Part shown: one piece after another, positions 19,723 to 28,091 of the stretch
How the letters are laid out: the number at the start of each line of letters is the position of its first letter
Numbering within the stretch: position 1 is the stretch's first letter
Source of the DNA: Oscillospiraceae bacterium
GTDB lineage: Bacteria; Bacillota; Clostridia; Oscillospirales; Ruminococcaceae
Assembly (NCBI GenBank): GCA_017505635.1
Contig: JAFVOU010000022.1
Location: forward strand, 37,915-101,914
DNA length: 64,000 nt
Direction: 5' to 3'
Program-made: the position numbers and the translations under genes
Notes under the pieces: generated by a model
The model's database searches: none
Seen by the model: only the letters and a program-made list of their open reading frames with translations
Told to the model about the DNA's origin: nothing

Positions 19723-20136
19723 ATGAAAAACTTTTTAGACGAATTTAAAAAATTTATAAGCCGCGGCAACGTGGTTGATATGGCAGTCGGTGTTATTGTC
19801 GGCAGTGCTTTCACCGCTATCGTAAACAGCCTTGTAAAAGATGTTGTTACACCTCTTATCGGCGTAATCACAGGCGGTGTGGATTTTACACAGATGAAAT
19901 ATGTTATAACACCTGCTGTGGGTGAAACACCTGAAGTTGCAATCCTTTACGGCAACTTTATCCAGGCTATCATCAACTTCATTATCATTGCATTTGTTGT
20001 ATTCTGTATGGTTAAACTTATCAACAATATGCGTGCAAAAATGGAAAAAGAAAAAGAAGAAGCACCTGCTGAACCACCAAAACCAAGCGAAGAAGTTGTT
20101 CTTCTCACCGAAATCCGCGACCTGCTTAAAAAATAA
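19723..20136 (+). CDS. mscL: large-conductance mechanosensitive channel
   Basis: It has FKKFISRGNVVDMAVGVIVGSAF, two TM helices and a charged C-terminus. Confidence 0.95.
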   Translation: MKNFLDEFKKFISRGNVVDMAVGVIVGSAFTAIVNSLVKDVVTPLIGVITGGVDFTQMKYVITPAVGETPEVAILYGNFIQAIINFIIIAFVVFCMVKLINNMRAKMEKEKEEAPAEPPKPSEEVVLLTEIRDLLKK

Positions 20137-20150
20137 TGGTATACAAAACG

Positions 20151-20185
20151 GACCTCTTATCACACGATAAGAGGTCTTTGTTTTT
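20151..20185. terminator. bidirectional terminator
   Basis: The stem GACCTCTTATC...GATAAGAGGTC is followed by a T-run, between convergent mscL and the oxidoreductase gene. Confidence 0.7.
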
Positions 20186-20190
20186 ATGTA

Positions 20191-20967
20191 TTATTTCTGT
20201 TTTTTAACACCTGTAACGCGTTCCATAATTGCATCAAGGGCAATCTGCCAGTGGCGGAAAGCCTCGTTGTCTTTAAGGTAGTTTGTTGCCTGCCAGTTAA
20301 GGCCGCCCGGTGTCATTTCTTCGGCAAGTTCTTTAAGCTTGCCTTCTTCTGTCTGGCTTGCCATAGTTGCAAGTGCACCGAAAAAGCTTGTTGTATAGGC
20401 TTTTGATGCAGGTTCGGACAGGGAGTTTTCGATGCCCCATTCTGTAACAGCATAGCACAGTTCATAGAACGGGCTCATAAGTGCTGTTATTGTGCGCATT
20501 GCCGCCATTTCGGTTTTGTCTTCCACCGCAATAAGTGTGCCCAGAGGTCTGATTAAGTCTTCAATTTCTTTGCAAGGCGGGTTGATAACCACAGGTCCGA
20601 TGCGCTGGCGGATAAACGGCAGTGGCAATACATCAACAAGAATTTCTGTTTCGCCGATAATCTGACCGATTTTTTCAAGACCAAGCACAGGAATAAGGCT
20701 GATAACCTTGAGTTCTTTGCGGAATGTAAGCTGGCTTAAAATTTCTTCCGCTTTCTGTGGAACAACAGCAAGGATAACAGCTTCGCAGTTATCCAGCACG
20801 TCCTGGTTGTCCTTTGCAACTGTGCAGTTTGGATATTTTGCTGCAAGTGCTGCAGATTTTTCTGCATTGCGTGGGGAAAGGATAAATTCGTGTTCGCATT
20901 CCCAGTCACAGAAACCTGTAACCATGGCAGAAGCGATAACACCTGTACCGATAACACCTATTTTCAT
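20191..20967 (-). CDS. NADP-dependent oxidoreductase, pyrroline-5-carboxylate-reductase-like
   Basis: It has an N-terminal Rossmann motif MKIGVIGTGVIASAM, and its length and layout resemble ProC. The specific activity is not established. Confidence 0.55.
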   Translation of the reverse strand: MKIGVIGTGVIASAMVTGFCDWECEHEFILSPRNAEKSAALAAKYPNCTVAKDNQDVLDNCEAVILAVVPQKAEEILSQLTFRKELKVISLIPVLGLEKIGQIIGETEILVDVLPLPFIRQRIGPVVINPPCKEIEDLIRPLGTLIAVEDKTEMAAMRTITALMSPFYELCYAVTEWGIENSLSEPASKAYTTSFFGALATMASQTEEGKLKELAEEMTPGGLNWQATNYLKDNEAFRHWQIALDAIMERVTGVKKQK

Positions 20968-20977
20968 AATGTATCTC

Positions 20978-22282
20978 CTATTTTACTGTATAATAATTTT
21001 CATTTTTAACTATCGTACTTTCGTAGAACACTTTACAGATTGCAGCAAAGTCCTCGGTATCCTTTACACCTGCTGTTTCAAAACAGGAGTGCATCGCAAA
21101 CTGCGGCAGACCGATATCCACTGTATTGAGTGCCACCTGTGTGTTGCTGATATTGCCCAATGTGGAACCGCCCACAGAGTCACTGCGGTTTGCAAAGTGC
21201 TGAATTTCTGCACCTGCTTTTGCGGCAATTTCCTTGAAAATTGCATTGGAAACTGCATCGGTTGTATATTTCTGGTTTGCGGAATGTTTAACCGCCACAC
21301 CCTTGTTTATAACAGGGCGGTTTGTCGGGTCTGCAATCTGCGGATAGTTAGGGTGGAGAGAATGTGCATTGTCTGCCGAAATCATAAAGGAATTTGTCAG
21401 TGCACAGATATATTTTTCGCTGTCATATCCCAGTGCATTGTTGATGCGTGTAAGTGTGTCGTAAAGCATTGTTGATGCCGCACCCTGTTTTGTGCCGCTG
21501 CCCACTTCCTCGTTGTCAAACACTGCAAGCACCGCAATGCTGTCGCTTTCGCCGCTGTTAAGAAAACCTTCCATAGATGTGTATGCACACTGCAGGTCGT
21601 CAAGTTTCGGGCCGCAGATAAACTCGCTGTTCATGCCCACAAAGCCTGCCTGCTGGCGCACATAGAGGAACAAATCCTTGGCAACTATATCTTCTTTCGC
21701 CACACCTGCGGATTTTGCGATGATATCTTCAAAAGTGCCTTTTGCAGACATATCACCCATAACAGGCATAAGGTCTGTCTGTGCATTGTATTTTTTGCCG
21801 TCATTTACTGTGCGGTCCATATGGATTGCAAGGTTAGGGATAACCAGCCAGTCCTTGTCCACATTTACAAGTTTTGTGGTAAAGCCTTTTTCGTCCTTTA
21901 CGATAATTCTGCCTGCAACGGACAGCGGGCGGTCAAACCATGTGGACATTATCATACCGCCGTAACGTTCGGTGTTAAGACAGATAAAACCGCTTTTTTC
22001 AAGCTCTGCATTTTCCTTGATTTTAAAGGTAGGGCTGTCGCTGTGACTTGCCACAATATTAAAGCCCACATATTCATTCTGCGGCACCTTAAAGGCAATA
22101 ACGGAAGAATCGTTCTTTGTTACAAAGTATTTTCCGCCTTTGGAAAGTGACCATTTTTCGCCTTCCCAAAGCTGAATAAAGCCATTTGCCATAAGCTGAT
22201 TTTTAATGTTTTCAACAGCGTGAAAAGCTGAATAGCTGCTGTTTAAAAGTCCGATAATTTTTTCTGAAACTGTATTATTCAT
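20978..22282 (-). CDS. M18-family aminopeptidase
   Basis: The blocks ASHSDSPTFKIK, DNEEVGS and HSANQKYTTD are typical of M18/M42 aminopeptidases. The start was trimmed to MNNTVSEK at 22282. Confidence 0.85.
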   Translation of the reverse strand: MNNTVSEKIIGLLNSSYSAFHAVENIKNQLMANGFIQLWEGEKWSLSKGGKYFVTKNDSSVIAFKVPQNEYVGFNIVASHSDSPTFKIKENAELEKSGFICLNTERYGGMIMSTWFDRPLSVAGRIIVKDEKGFTTKLVNVDKDWLVIPNLAIHMDRTVNDGKKYNAQTDLMPVMGDMSAKGTFEDIIAKSAGVAKEDIVAKDLFLYVRQQAGFVGMNSEFICGPKLDDLQCAYTSMEGFLNSGESDSIAVLAVFDNEEVGSGTKQGAASTMLYDTLTRINNALGYDSEKYICALTNSFMISADNAHSLHPNYPQIADPTNRPVINKGVAVKHSANQKYTTDAVSNAIFKEIAAKAGAEIQHFANRSDSVGGSTLGNISNTQVALNTVDIGLPQFAMHSCFETAGVKDTEDFAAICKVFYESTIVKNENYYTVK

Positions 22283-22468
22283 ATGCTGACCGTCCTTGTT
22301 TTGTCTATGTACTAAATATACTCTTTTTGCAAATGCATTGTCAACAAAGTGACGGATTTTATACAACCCGATTTTCCATACATACGCCCTATATATCTGC
22401 ATAAAAATGCCCTGCACCGCAGTTGCCCGCCGCACAGAGCATCAGATAAAAATATTATGTTAAGTAAA

Positions 22469-22816
22469 CTATTCGTTAAGACCAAAACTGATGTTGAGGG
22501 CATTGTTCAGCCGCTTTATGTCCTCGTTTGACAGCCGTCCTGTTTTTTCACGCAGTCGCTGTTTGTCTATAGTGCGTATCTGTTCCAGCAGCACCACGCT
22601 GTCCTTTGCAAGTCCACAGCTTTCTGCCTTTACGCTGATGTGGGTAGGCAGGCTTGTCTTGTCCTGCTTTGATGTGATTGCCGCCGCAATAACAGTTGGC
22701 GAATGGCGGTTGCCCACATTGTTCTGCACAATCACAACAGGCCGCGTGCCGCCCTGTTCGCACCCTACAACAGGGCTTAAATCGGCATAGTAAACCTCTC
22801 CCCGGTTTATCTCCAT
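22469..22816 (-). CDS. mazF: MazF/PemK (EndoA-like) endoribonuclease toxin, with no adjacent antitoxin
   Basis: It closely resembles B. subtilis EndoA (RGEVYYADLSPVVGCEQGGTRPVVIVQNN...LLEQIRTIDKQRL). It has a strong RBS (AAGGAGAG). No ORF lies between it and the terminator at 22907-22931. Confidence 0.9.
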   Translation of the reverse strand: MEINRGEVYYADLSPVVGCEQGGTRPVVIVQNNVGNRHSPTVIAAAITSKQDKTSLPTHISVKAESCGLAKDSVVLLEQIRTIDKQRLREKTGRLSNEDIKRLNNALNISFGLNE

Positions 22817-22906
22817 ACAGTCACTCTCCTTTGTTTTTATTCCTTTGACTGTATTATTCGCCGTTCCTGTCTGTTTTATTCAAAATAAAATATTTTCACT
22901 AAATAC

Positions 22907-22931
22907 AAAAGCGGAGATTACTCTCCGCTTT
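22907..22931 (-). terminator. rho-independent terminator (copy 1 of an identical 25-nt hairpin)
   Basis: On the minus strand the stem is GCGGAGA-GTAA-TCTCCGC followed by TTTT. The 25-nt string AAAAGCGGAGATTACTCTCCGCTTT recurs exactly at 25440-25464. Confidence 0.7.
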
Positions 22932-22934
22932 CGG

Positions 22935-23729
22935 TTAAGTTATCAAATTCAACGCATCAAATAGTGATAACCAAAACATATTGCTGATTAAATTGTTACT
23001 TTCGCCTAAACAGCTCAAAAATCCTAACAAATAAAATGCCGAGTGTCCGATAAAACAATTCAATGTAGCAAATAAACTTTTACTCATCCTGAAATGCTCA
23101 CCATAAACAGGTAAAGATATAATTACAAACACGGCCGTTATAACAAACAATATTCCTGTTGTTACTACAAACAGAATTTGATTCATAAACACATTTGATA
23201 TGCAACTCAAACCTCCGATAACAAGAAAGCCCGGCATAAAAAACAGCATAGACAGTGCATCCATAAGATGCCATTTCATTTCTTCATATGATTCTGGTTT
23301 TTGTGGAATTGTAATTTTTGTTTTAAGTCTCTTTAACCACAAATATAGGATTACAATAATCACAATAAATAATATTCCAAGTATATCTGTAACAGGCAAA
23401 TAGTGCACATCATAAGCTGCCGATAACAAACTGCCTACTGTGTAATCCACGACAAAATATGTTGAAACCGCAAATACAAGTGGTGAAAATTTCACCTGAA
23501 CAGAATACAACCATAAACTTATTGCATAAAAGCCAACCCATATCAGGTGTGCAAACAGTATTTTATCTGCTCCGGACTGAACATCTTTGCTCATCTCCGC
23601 AAGAATCATACTGATAGATATGCTGCTGAGCGCAAACATTATACCCAATACAGGGTTATATATTTTTTTATTATACACAAATGCTTTCAATTTAGGGGAT
23701 GTGATTACAAATTTTCTTCTTCTCAGCAA
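22935..23729 (-). CDS. multipass membrane protein (paralog of 24372-25124)
   Basis: The ORF was trimmed to the TTG at 23729, which lies 8 nt after GGAGGTG. It has two blocks of TM helices separated by a charged linker. Its C-terminus SLFDALNLIT resembles PMFEALGLM of the paralog. Confidence 0.55.
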   Translation of the reverse strand: MLRRRKFVITSPKLKAFVYNKKIYNPVLGIMFALSSISISMILAEMSKDVQSGADKILFAHLIWVGFYAISLWLYSVQVKFSPLVFAVSTYFVVDYTVGSLLSAAYDVHYLPVTDILGILFIVIIVILYLWLKRLKTKITIPQKPESYEEMKWHLMDALSMLFFMPGFLVIGGLSCISNVFMNQILFVVTTGILFVITAVFVIISLPVYGEHFRMSKSLFATLNCFIGHSAFYLLGFLSCLGESNNLISNMFWLSLFDALNLIT

Positions 23730-23759
23730 AATTTTCACCTCCAAAAAAATCTTTATCAT

Positions 23760-23789
23760 ATTATATAACCGCCTAAATATTCGGGTCAA
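23760..23789 (-). promoter_or_regulatory. sigma-A-like promoter for the 22935-23729 gene
   Basis: On the minus strand it reads TTGACC-N18-TATAAT. It lies inside the untrimmed N-terminal extension of the track ORF. Confidence 0.5.
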
Positions 23790-23801
23790 TATCAACCTTG
23801 A

Positions 23802-24200
23802 CTAAAAGGTAGAAATCATAGCTTTTACATAATCATTTGCTATTTTCTCGACCAATTCGTTCATACTGAACTTAACATTTTTATTTTGTGCGGACAAATC
23901 AATCATATAGTTAAGTGCATATTCAAGAACATTTTTTGACATTTTAAGGCCATGTTTTGCAAATTCTTCACTTAACACCATTTGTCCTGCTTCACTACAT
24001 GAAAAATCAAATATATCATTTGCTGATACTTTTTCCGAAACGGCAGAAATTCCTGCATTTACAGCACCATTTACAAAATCCTGCCCTGCTGTACCACCCG
24101 ATGAGTTTATTTCGTGCATTTTTTCAGAAGATTCGTTGATAATATCCGTGGCTAACAAATACCCCGGAACATATTTATTAATAACTACTTTCGGCACCAA
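23802..24200 (-). CDS. hypothetical protein; its C-terminal ~59 aa are paralogous to 25204-25425, and its start is uncertain
   Basis: HGLKMSKNVLEYALNYM...FSMNELVEKI aligns with YGAPVSKEVIDYVAKYM...FDIEELLGKV of the other module. The track start is a TTG without an RBS, and an in-frame TAA lies immediately upstream. Confidence 0.4.
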   Translation of the reverse strand: MVPKVVINKYVPGYLLATDIINESSEKMHEINSSGGTAGQDFVNGAVNAGISAVSEKVSANDIFDFSCSEAGQMVLSEEFAKHGLKMSKNVLEYALNYMIDLSAQNKNVKFSMNELVEKIANDYVKAMISTF

Positions 24201-24371
24201 TTATATTGCATTTGTTGATATATTATATAACCCTTTTTCAAAAGCACTCAACCCTTTCACAGCTTTATCCTCATATTTTTCCGCTCTTTCCATAGCTCTG
24301 TAGGCATTTGTGGTTGTGTCTATATTTTATAAAAAACAAAAAATCAGAGGGCAATTACCCTCTGATTTCTG

Positions 24372-25124
24372 TCACATTAACCCTAATGCTTCAAACATAG
24401 GTTTTAAAAACGATTCATTGTAATATTCAACAGGACCATGTTCTATTATCCCTCCAACATATAACAGTGTAAATGGCCATACTATTTTGGAGGTCAGCCT
24501 GTATCCGAAATTGTGCCAATAAGCTCCACTCAAAAAAAACAGACCTATAAAATGCATAAAGAAAAATATTACCATCGAAACAGTTGTTATATTAAAACCT
24601 GTCAGCTTCTCAATAATAAAAACAATTTCTCCAAGCTGACTAAAAGCAGTTATTGCAAAAATATCCGTTGTGTATCTAAAAACAAGTTCAAGACCTTCAT
24701 CTTTGATGTGATATTCAGTCAGAGTTTTATTATGTTCCACTAATTTTAACAATACATAAATCACCGCTATAACAGCAATAAATCCCATTTTAACAACAGA
24801 AGTTACAGGCATTAGAACACCTTTGCCAAAAGTGACAAGAATATTGCCAATGCAACTGTCGGTAAAAAGATAAATTGACATTGCATATGTAAGAGGTTTA
24901 AACCCCATTATCTCCATAAACCTAAACCAAGAGGTAAAATACAACGCCATACCGCAAATTATAGCTATTATCCTTGATGTCATCCATTCTCCGCCGATAA
25001 CCTGAGAAAAACTTGCACTATTACCGCAAGCCATACTACCACATACAAATATAATACCCAGATAAACATCCATAGCTTTATCATTGGTTAAGAAAAAATC
25101 ATCTGCTGGAGGTCTTCTTGACAT
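24372..25124 (-). CDS. multipass membrane protein (paralog of 22935-23729)
   Basis: The ORF was trimmed to the ATG at 25124, which lies 6 nt after AAAGGTG. It has the same two-block TM architecture as its paralog. Confidence 0.6.
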   Translation of the reverse strand: MSRRPPADDFFLTNDKAMDVYLGIIFVCGSMACGNSASFSQVIGGEWMTSRIIAIICGMALYFTSWFRFMEIMGFKPLTYAMSIYLFTDSCIGNILVTFGKGVLMPVTSVVKMGFIAVIAVIYVLLKLVEHNKTLTEYHIKDEGLELVFRYTTDIFAITAFSQLGEIVFIIEKLTGFNITTVSMVIFFFMHFIGLFFLSGAYWHNFGYRLTSKIVWPFTLLYVGGIIEHGPVEYYNESFLKPMFEALGLM

Positions 25125-25203
25125 ATCTGCCACCTTTTATATACTTTGTGTTTTACCCAATGATATCATTTTTGCAATACAATGTCTATTTAATTATTTG
25201 TTA

Positions 25204-25425
25204 TTATATGAATCCTTTGGCTACACCATTTTCGACATCTATCATTATCGCAATTTTCAACACTTTCCCTAACAATTCTTCGATGTCAAATTCCGCATAA
25301 GGGTTATGATACACCTCATCTGCCATATACTTTGCTACATAATCGATTACTTCCTTGGAAACCGGTGCTCCGTATTTTTCAAGTGTATCTCTAACCACAG
25401 TATATTTCATATCCTCTGCGGGCAT
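25204..25425 (-). CDS. small soluble hypothetical protein (paralog of the C-terminus of 23802-24200)
   Basis: The start is at ATG 25425 or 25410. The longer track ORF would run through the terminator hairpin at 25440-25464. Confidence 0.45.
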   Translation of the reverse strand: MPAEDMKYTVVRDTLEKYGAPVSKEVIDYVAKYMADEVYHNPYAEFDIEELLGKVLKIAIMIDVENGVAKGFI

Positions 25426-25439
25426 TTTTTGTGCAGCAA

Positions 25440-25464
25440 AAAAGCGGAGATTACTCTCCGCTTT
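25440..25464 (-). terminator. rho-independent terminator (copy 2 of the identical 25-nt hairpin)
   Basis: It is the same 25-nt sequence as 22907-22931. It overlaps the last codons and the stop of the 150-aa membrane-protein gene. Confidence 0.65.
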
Positions 25465-25903
25465 TCTGTTTTTTATTGCTAAATTTTTCACAACAAAATT
25501 TAATAATAATTATTAAAACAAATATTACTGTGACAATCGTGTATGCGGTAATCACAATAGCCACAACTAATGCACCTACAATGCTGCCGCCAAAAGCATA
25601 ATCATACGAAAGCCAGCTTTGTGCAATACCACACAGTCCCACTGCATTAATCCATGAATAAACAAACAATATACCTATACGGCGAACAATAATATAATAT
25701 AAAACAGCCAAAAAGGCAAAAATCACAATGCCTTTTCCTATTACAGTTTCTGTTGTATAAAGTTTTATTGACTCGGAAACCATTTCGTATACAGGTGTAT
25801 TTTTCAAAACTATATCACGAGTTTTATCCACAACAGGTATAAAAATTATAAATGGCAGAAAAAAGAAAACAACTTCAAATATCCAGAATTTAATCTTACT
25901 CAC
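25451..25903 (-). CDS. small 4-TM membrane protein
   Basis: It has a GTG start behind GGAGGAAATATT and four hydrophobic helices. It lies directly downstream of the 527-aa protein gene. Confidence 0.6.
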   Translation of the reverse strand: MSKIKFWIFEVVFFFLPFIIFIPVVDKTRDIVLKNTPVYEMVSESIKLYTTETVIGKGIVIFAFLAVLYYIIVRRIGILFVYSWINAVGLCGIAQSWLSYDYAFGGSIVGALVVAIVITAYTIVTVIFVLIIIIKFCCEKFSNKKQKSGE

Positions 25904-25983
25904 AATATTTCCTCCTGCTGCAATTATTTATATAAAAATTATACCATGGGATTGTCTGCTGACGCAATTCGGCACAACATAAT

Positions 25984-27567
25984 TTATTCGAGAAAATCCC
26001 AGATTACAGACACCTGATTATCATCTATAGCCTTCAACGCTTTTTTCATCATCAAAATCTGTCTGTCGGTCAAGTTAGGATATGCGTGCCGCAGATAGCC
26101 AATAGTTTCTCCTTTATCTAAATATTCAGACAATTCATCCTCTATTTCAGTCTGTGAATATGGTGTAGTCAAAGCTATCTGTATACCTATATCGTTGTTT
26201 TGCAAATCCATTTCTGCGTGGTGTTTTTTGGTTGGATATAGTTTTTCTTTATTATAATATTCTGTGTCAATTTCTATCGGCACTTCCTGTTGAATCGCCA
26301 AAATATTATTGTCATACTCCAAATCAGAAAAAGTTTCATGTGCCGTCAGAAATTTTCTTGCTTCAGATTCTCCAACAGCATCAGTAATTAAAGCTGCTAA
26401 AAACATATACTGAAATGCATTAGGCAATCCACCATCAAGCCCTGCTGCATATTTAGAATACTTTTTATTATTATTCATTTCCCCAATTTCGTTTTCATTA
26501 TAATAAAAAATATCATTTTTTATTGGTATAACAGTGCTTTTAGCCTTAATTAGTTCAGGAATATTTGATACATACGGTAGAGGATTTTCTATTATTGTAC
26601 GTATTTCAGCACGATTAAACGGCGTGTGTTCTTCAATAAGCGAATTGATATATTCATTTTGTTTACCATATCCGTTGTAAGAAATTTCTCTCCAGAAATT
26701 CTCATCATATTGATATTTTTCATCCGGCGGATTAATCATATCATCATAATCAAGTATTGGATTTTTAAAAGGACTTTTCCCCTGTGTACCTGCTGTTAAA
26801 TCAGCTTGTTCTTTTTTTCCAACAGTTGTATTTGCCACTTCACTGTTTGGTCCTTTATTGTTTCCAAAATCATCCATCCAGTCAAACAGTTTCCAGCCAC
26901 CTTTTGCATAGTTTACCGACTGATTTTCCACCTTTTCAAGAAAAGGTGTTTCTTTCTTTGCAGTAACTGCTGCCTTTGCCATCTCCCCATTTGGGCCTGT
27001 TGCCTTTGGTTTTGTGTCACTGCCTGTCAACTGTGCGCCATATTTGTTCCACAAAGCATTTAAATCGTTATCATACTGTGATGTCCTTTTGGTTACATCC
27101 CCTGATGTTGCTGCCGATACTCCGTTTTTCTGCGGATACCAGCTTTTTGCCGCACCGCCGTAGCTGTTGTCTGACCGTCCGCCATATTCTTTTGGTTGTC
27201 TCTGCTGCATTCGGCCGATATAGCTTTCCCTCGCCTTGTTCTGCTGCTGTCGCTGTGCAGCCGTTGTATATTCGTTGCCGCCAAAAGTGTTCTTAGGTTT
27301 ATCTGCCTTCGCATTGCCCGCCCCTCCGTAACTGCCTGTATTTTTGGCAGGTGCCGTCTTTGGGGCTGTATACGATGATGTGTATGACGGTGTAGGCTGC
27401 GGTTCTGTCTTTGGCGGCGTATCGGCAGGTCTTGGAGCAGGCTGAGGTGTCGGGCTTATTGCAGGGGTTGGTGTGATTGATTTCTGCCGTTCCTGCTGTT
27501 CTCTCTTTTTCTGCTCCTGGCGTCTTCGCTGTTCTTCCTGTCTCTGTGCTATTCTCGGGTCTAACAT
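25984..27567 (-). CDS. signal-less chimeric protein: charged and Pro/Thr-rich N-terminal half, with an AT-rich C-terminal domain carrying NAFQYMF...AHE...MDLQNNDIG motifs
   Basis: Its ATG overlaps the holin stop (ATGTTAG, 7-nt overlap) and follows GGAGGAGG. There is no N-terminal hydrophobic segment. Composition shifts visibly at about 26.8-26.9 kb inside the ORF. Confidence 0.8.
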   Translation of the reverse strand: MLDPRIAQRQEEQRRRQEQKKREQQERQKSITPTPAISPTPQPAPRPADTPPKTEPQPTPSYTSSYTAPKTAPAKNTGSYGGAGNAKADKPKNTFGGNEYTTAAQRQQQNKARESYIGRMQQRQPKEYGGRSDNSYGGAAKSWYPQKNGVSAATSGDVTKRTSQYDNDLNALWNKYGAQLTGSDTKPKATGPNGEMAKAAVTAKKETPFLEKVENQSVNYAKGGWKLFDWMDDFGNNKGPNSEVANTTVGKKEQADLTAGTQGKSPFKNPILDYDDMINPPDEKYQYDENFWREISYNGYGKQNEYINSLIEEHTPFNRAEIRTIIENPLPYVSNIPELIKAKSTVIPIKNDIFYYNENEIGEMNNNKKYSKYAAGLDGGLPNAFQYMFLAALITDAVGESEARKFLTAHETFSDLEYDNNILAIQQEVPIEIDTEYYNKEKLYPTKKHHAEMDLQNNDIGIQIALTTPYSQTEIEDELSEYLDKGETIGYLRHAYPNLTDRQILMMKKALKAIDDNQVSVIWDFLE

Positions 27568-28022
27568 ATATCCTCCTCCGCTGTCATTTTATTTTCGGTT
27601 TTCTCCTTGACCAGTTCCACCAGTTTTGTCAAAAACGGCGGCAGCGGTGTGCCGATATCGGCGATGTTTTCCAGTATGCTTATAAGTTCGTTTGCCAGCA
27701 GCCAGAATATCACCGCAAGTGCCACAAGACAGTCAAAGCCAAATTCTATATGCATTGTATGCCCCATTTCCACAATAATAAAATCGGTGATATACCCCAC
27801 CAGCACCAGCAGCCACATACACACCTTTTTGGCAATGCCGTGAAAGCCCACATCGCTGGACACCCTTTCTCCTCGATAAACCGCCGCCATTATGCCTGTT
27901 GCATAGTCAACAATATTTACAAGCAGCAAAAAATAAAACGGCAGTGCCAGCACCCCCAGCCAGCCGTTGACCGCTGTCATCACCGCCACAAATGTTATTT
28001 TGATTTTATCTGTAATGTTCAT
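27561..28022 (-). CDS. phage holin (toxin-secretion/phage-lysis holin, TcdE-like family)
   Basis: The 153-aa product has 3-4 TM helices and the YATGIMAA...GIAKK block typical of the holin_4 family. It lies downstream of the endolysin. Confidence 0.8.
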   Translation of the reverse strand: MNITDKIKITFVAVMTAVNGWLGVLALPFYFLLLVNIVDYATGIMAAVYRGERVSSDVGFHGIAKKVCMWLLVLVGYITDFIIVEMGHTMHIEFGFDCLVALAVIFWLLANELISILENIADIGTPLPPFLTKLVELVKEKTENKMTAEEDIC

Positions 28023-28091
28023 TTTTCTCTCCTTTCATTATACAAAACAAGGGCAGATGTTCCTCGCGGTTCATCTGCCCTTTTGTTATGC

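Noticed and set aside
23730-23795. N-terminal extension of the 286-aa membrane-protein ORF
   Set aside because: The extension begins with a TTG that has no RBS, and it contains a near-consensus promoter (TTGACC-N18-TATAAT). A GGAGGTG plus TTG start at 23729 fits better.
25426-25491. N-terminal extension of the 95-aa ORF (25204-25491)
   Set aside because: The extension would be translated through the 25-nt terminator hairpin, which is duplicated exactly at 22907-22931. It also overlaps the end of the upstream gene. A start at 25425 or 25410 is more plausible.
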